From positions 864,001 through 928,000 of the forward strand of contig CAWGJO010000020.1 in assembly GCA_963822945.1 (NCBI GenBank): a stretch of DNA of 64,000 bases, written 5' to 3'. Under the pieces are notes generated by a model. That model did no database searches. It was not told the origin of the DNA and was given only the letters and a program-made list of their open reading frames with translations. This DNA is from an uncultured Gemmatimonadaceae bacterium. Lineage in GTDB: Bacteria; Gemmatimonadota; Gemmatimonadetes; Gemmatimonadales; Gemmatimonadaceae. The translations under genes were made by a program, and so were the position numbers. Of the stretch, positions 63,254 to 64,000 are shown in pieces; the first letter of the stretch is position 1; each line of letters starts with the position of its first letter.

Positions 63254-64000
63254 ATGAAGCATCTCGATGAAGGAACCATTCACGCGTGGCTGGACGGAGC
63301 GCTCGGCGCGGACGACGCGGCGGAGGTGGAGCGTCACGCCGCCACGTGCGACGAGTGCGCCGCGCGCGTGGCCGAAGCGCGTGGATTGATCGCCGGCGCG
63401 TCGCGCATTCTGTCGGCGCTGGACGACGTCGGCGCGGAGATCGTTCCCGCGCGCGCGGCGGAGGTGACGCGCAAGCGGATGCGTCCGCGCGTGACGCGTG
63501 TAGTGGGCTGGTTGGCGGCGGCGGGACTGCTGCTGGCGGTGGGGCTCGAGACGCGCGCCAAGATGGGGCCCGAGATGACGCCGATGGGCGGGGTGTCGAT
63601 CGACGCGTCGCCGGTAACGATTCCGGATAGTCTGACCGACGGCAAGGTGGCGCGGACGGACACGGGAGCGGTCGGAGCGGTCGGAGCGGTCCGACAGTCG
63701 GACAGTCGGACAGGGGAGCAGTCGGACAGTCGGACAGTCGGACAGCGCAAGCAGCGGGCAACGGCGGAGAAAGGCGCGGTGGTCGAGGCGCCGAAGACGG
63801 CCAAGGCAGCCCCGGTTGCTCCGGCAGCGTCGGCGGTTTCCGGGGTCGCGGGTGGAATGGCGCGGCCGAGCGTGGCGTCGAACATGGCGGTCATGCCCGA
63901 CTCGACGACGCGGGCGACGCGGGCGACGGAAGTGGCTCGCGCGCAGGCCGCCGCTCAGGGGTTGAAGATGCAGGACGCGATAGTGACGAGCGCAGCGGAA
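63254..64000 (+). CDS. Zinc-binding (zf-HC2/ZAS) membrane anti-sigma factor, runs off the window (absent from the ORF track)
   Basis: Manual translation MKHLDEGTIHAWLDGAL..VERHAATCDEC (HxxxCxxC), then TM segment VVGWLAAAGLLLAVG and a low-complexity extracytoplasmic region. Confidence 0.9.
   Translation, partial: MKHLDEGTIHAWLDGALGADDAAEVERHAATCDECAARVAEARGLIAGASRILSALDDVGAEIVPARAAEVTRKRMRPRVTRVVGWLAAAGLLLAVGLETRAKMGPEMTPMGGVSIDASPVTIPDSLTDGKVARTDTGAVGAVGAVRQSDSRTGEQSDSRTVGQRKQRATAEKGAVVEAPKTAKAAPVAPAASAVSGVAGGMARPSVASNMAVMPDSTTRATRATEVARAQAAAQGLKMQDAIVTSAAE
63671..63744 (+). repeat. Octamer/nonamer array inside the anti-sigma gene
   Basis: (GTCGGAGCG)2 GTCCGACA (GTCGGACA)2 GGGGAGCA (GTCGGACA)3. 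Confidence 0.92.

Noticed and set aside
4994..63744. Octamer and 16-bp arrays as CRISPR repeats
   Set aside because: Units are short and directly tandem, with no 25-45 bp unique spacers and no cas genes in the window.

Overview
High-GC bacterial chromosome segment. The gene repertoire suggests Gemmatimonadota, but that is an inference. Left flank (1-12 kb): partial Wzi-like beta-barrel, an operon of three secreted amidohydrolase-fold proteins, a Tat-exported class V PLP enzyme, pal, a GT87/YdjC/GT2 trio and a priming glycosyltransferase. Centre (about 11.8-51.2 kb): a large surface-polysaccharide region with two divergent halves, a minus-strand Wza-Wzc-Wzx-Wzy cluster and a plus-strand SLBB-exporter cluster. 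The plus-strand half carries a complete legionaminic-acid-type (nonulosonic acid) pathway, a candidate nonulosonate transferase, tailoring enzymes and a CapD/PglF-type dehydratase. Much of the centre looks lower in GC by eye and has many single-base frameshifts, most likely long-read errors. Right flank (51-64 kb): GGDEF/EAL protein, RHH-RelE toxin-antitoxin pair, transketolase, an unannotated 56-aa Cys/His protein, a HEAT-like/HD-GYP pair and a VIT-VWA / ECF sigma / zinc anti-sigma operon. The most unusual sequence-level signal is a dispersed tandem octamer (GTCGGACA)n at seven loci, always on the + strand, including inside the coding sequence of four consecutive genes. No CRISPR array, rRNA, tRNA or transposase was recognised. 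All family assignments are from motif recognition by eye, not database searches, and boundaries of frameshifted genes are approximate.
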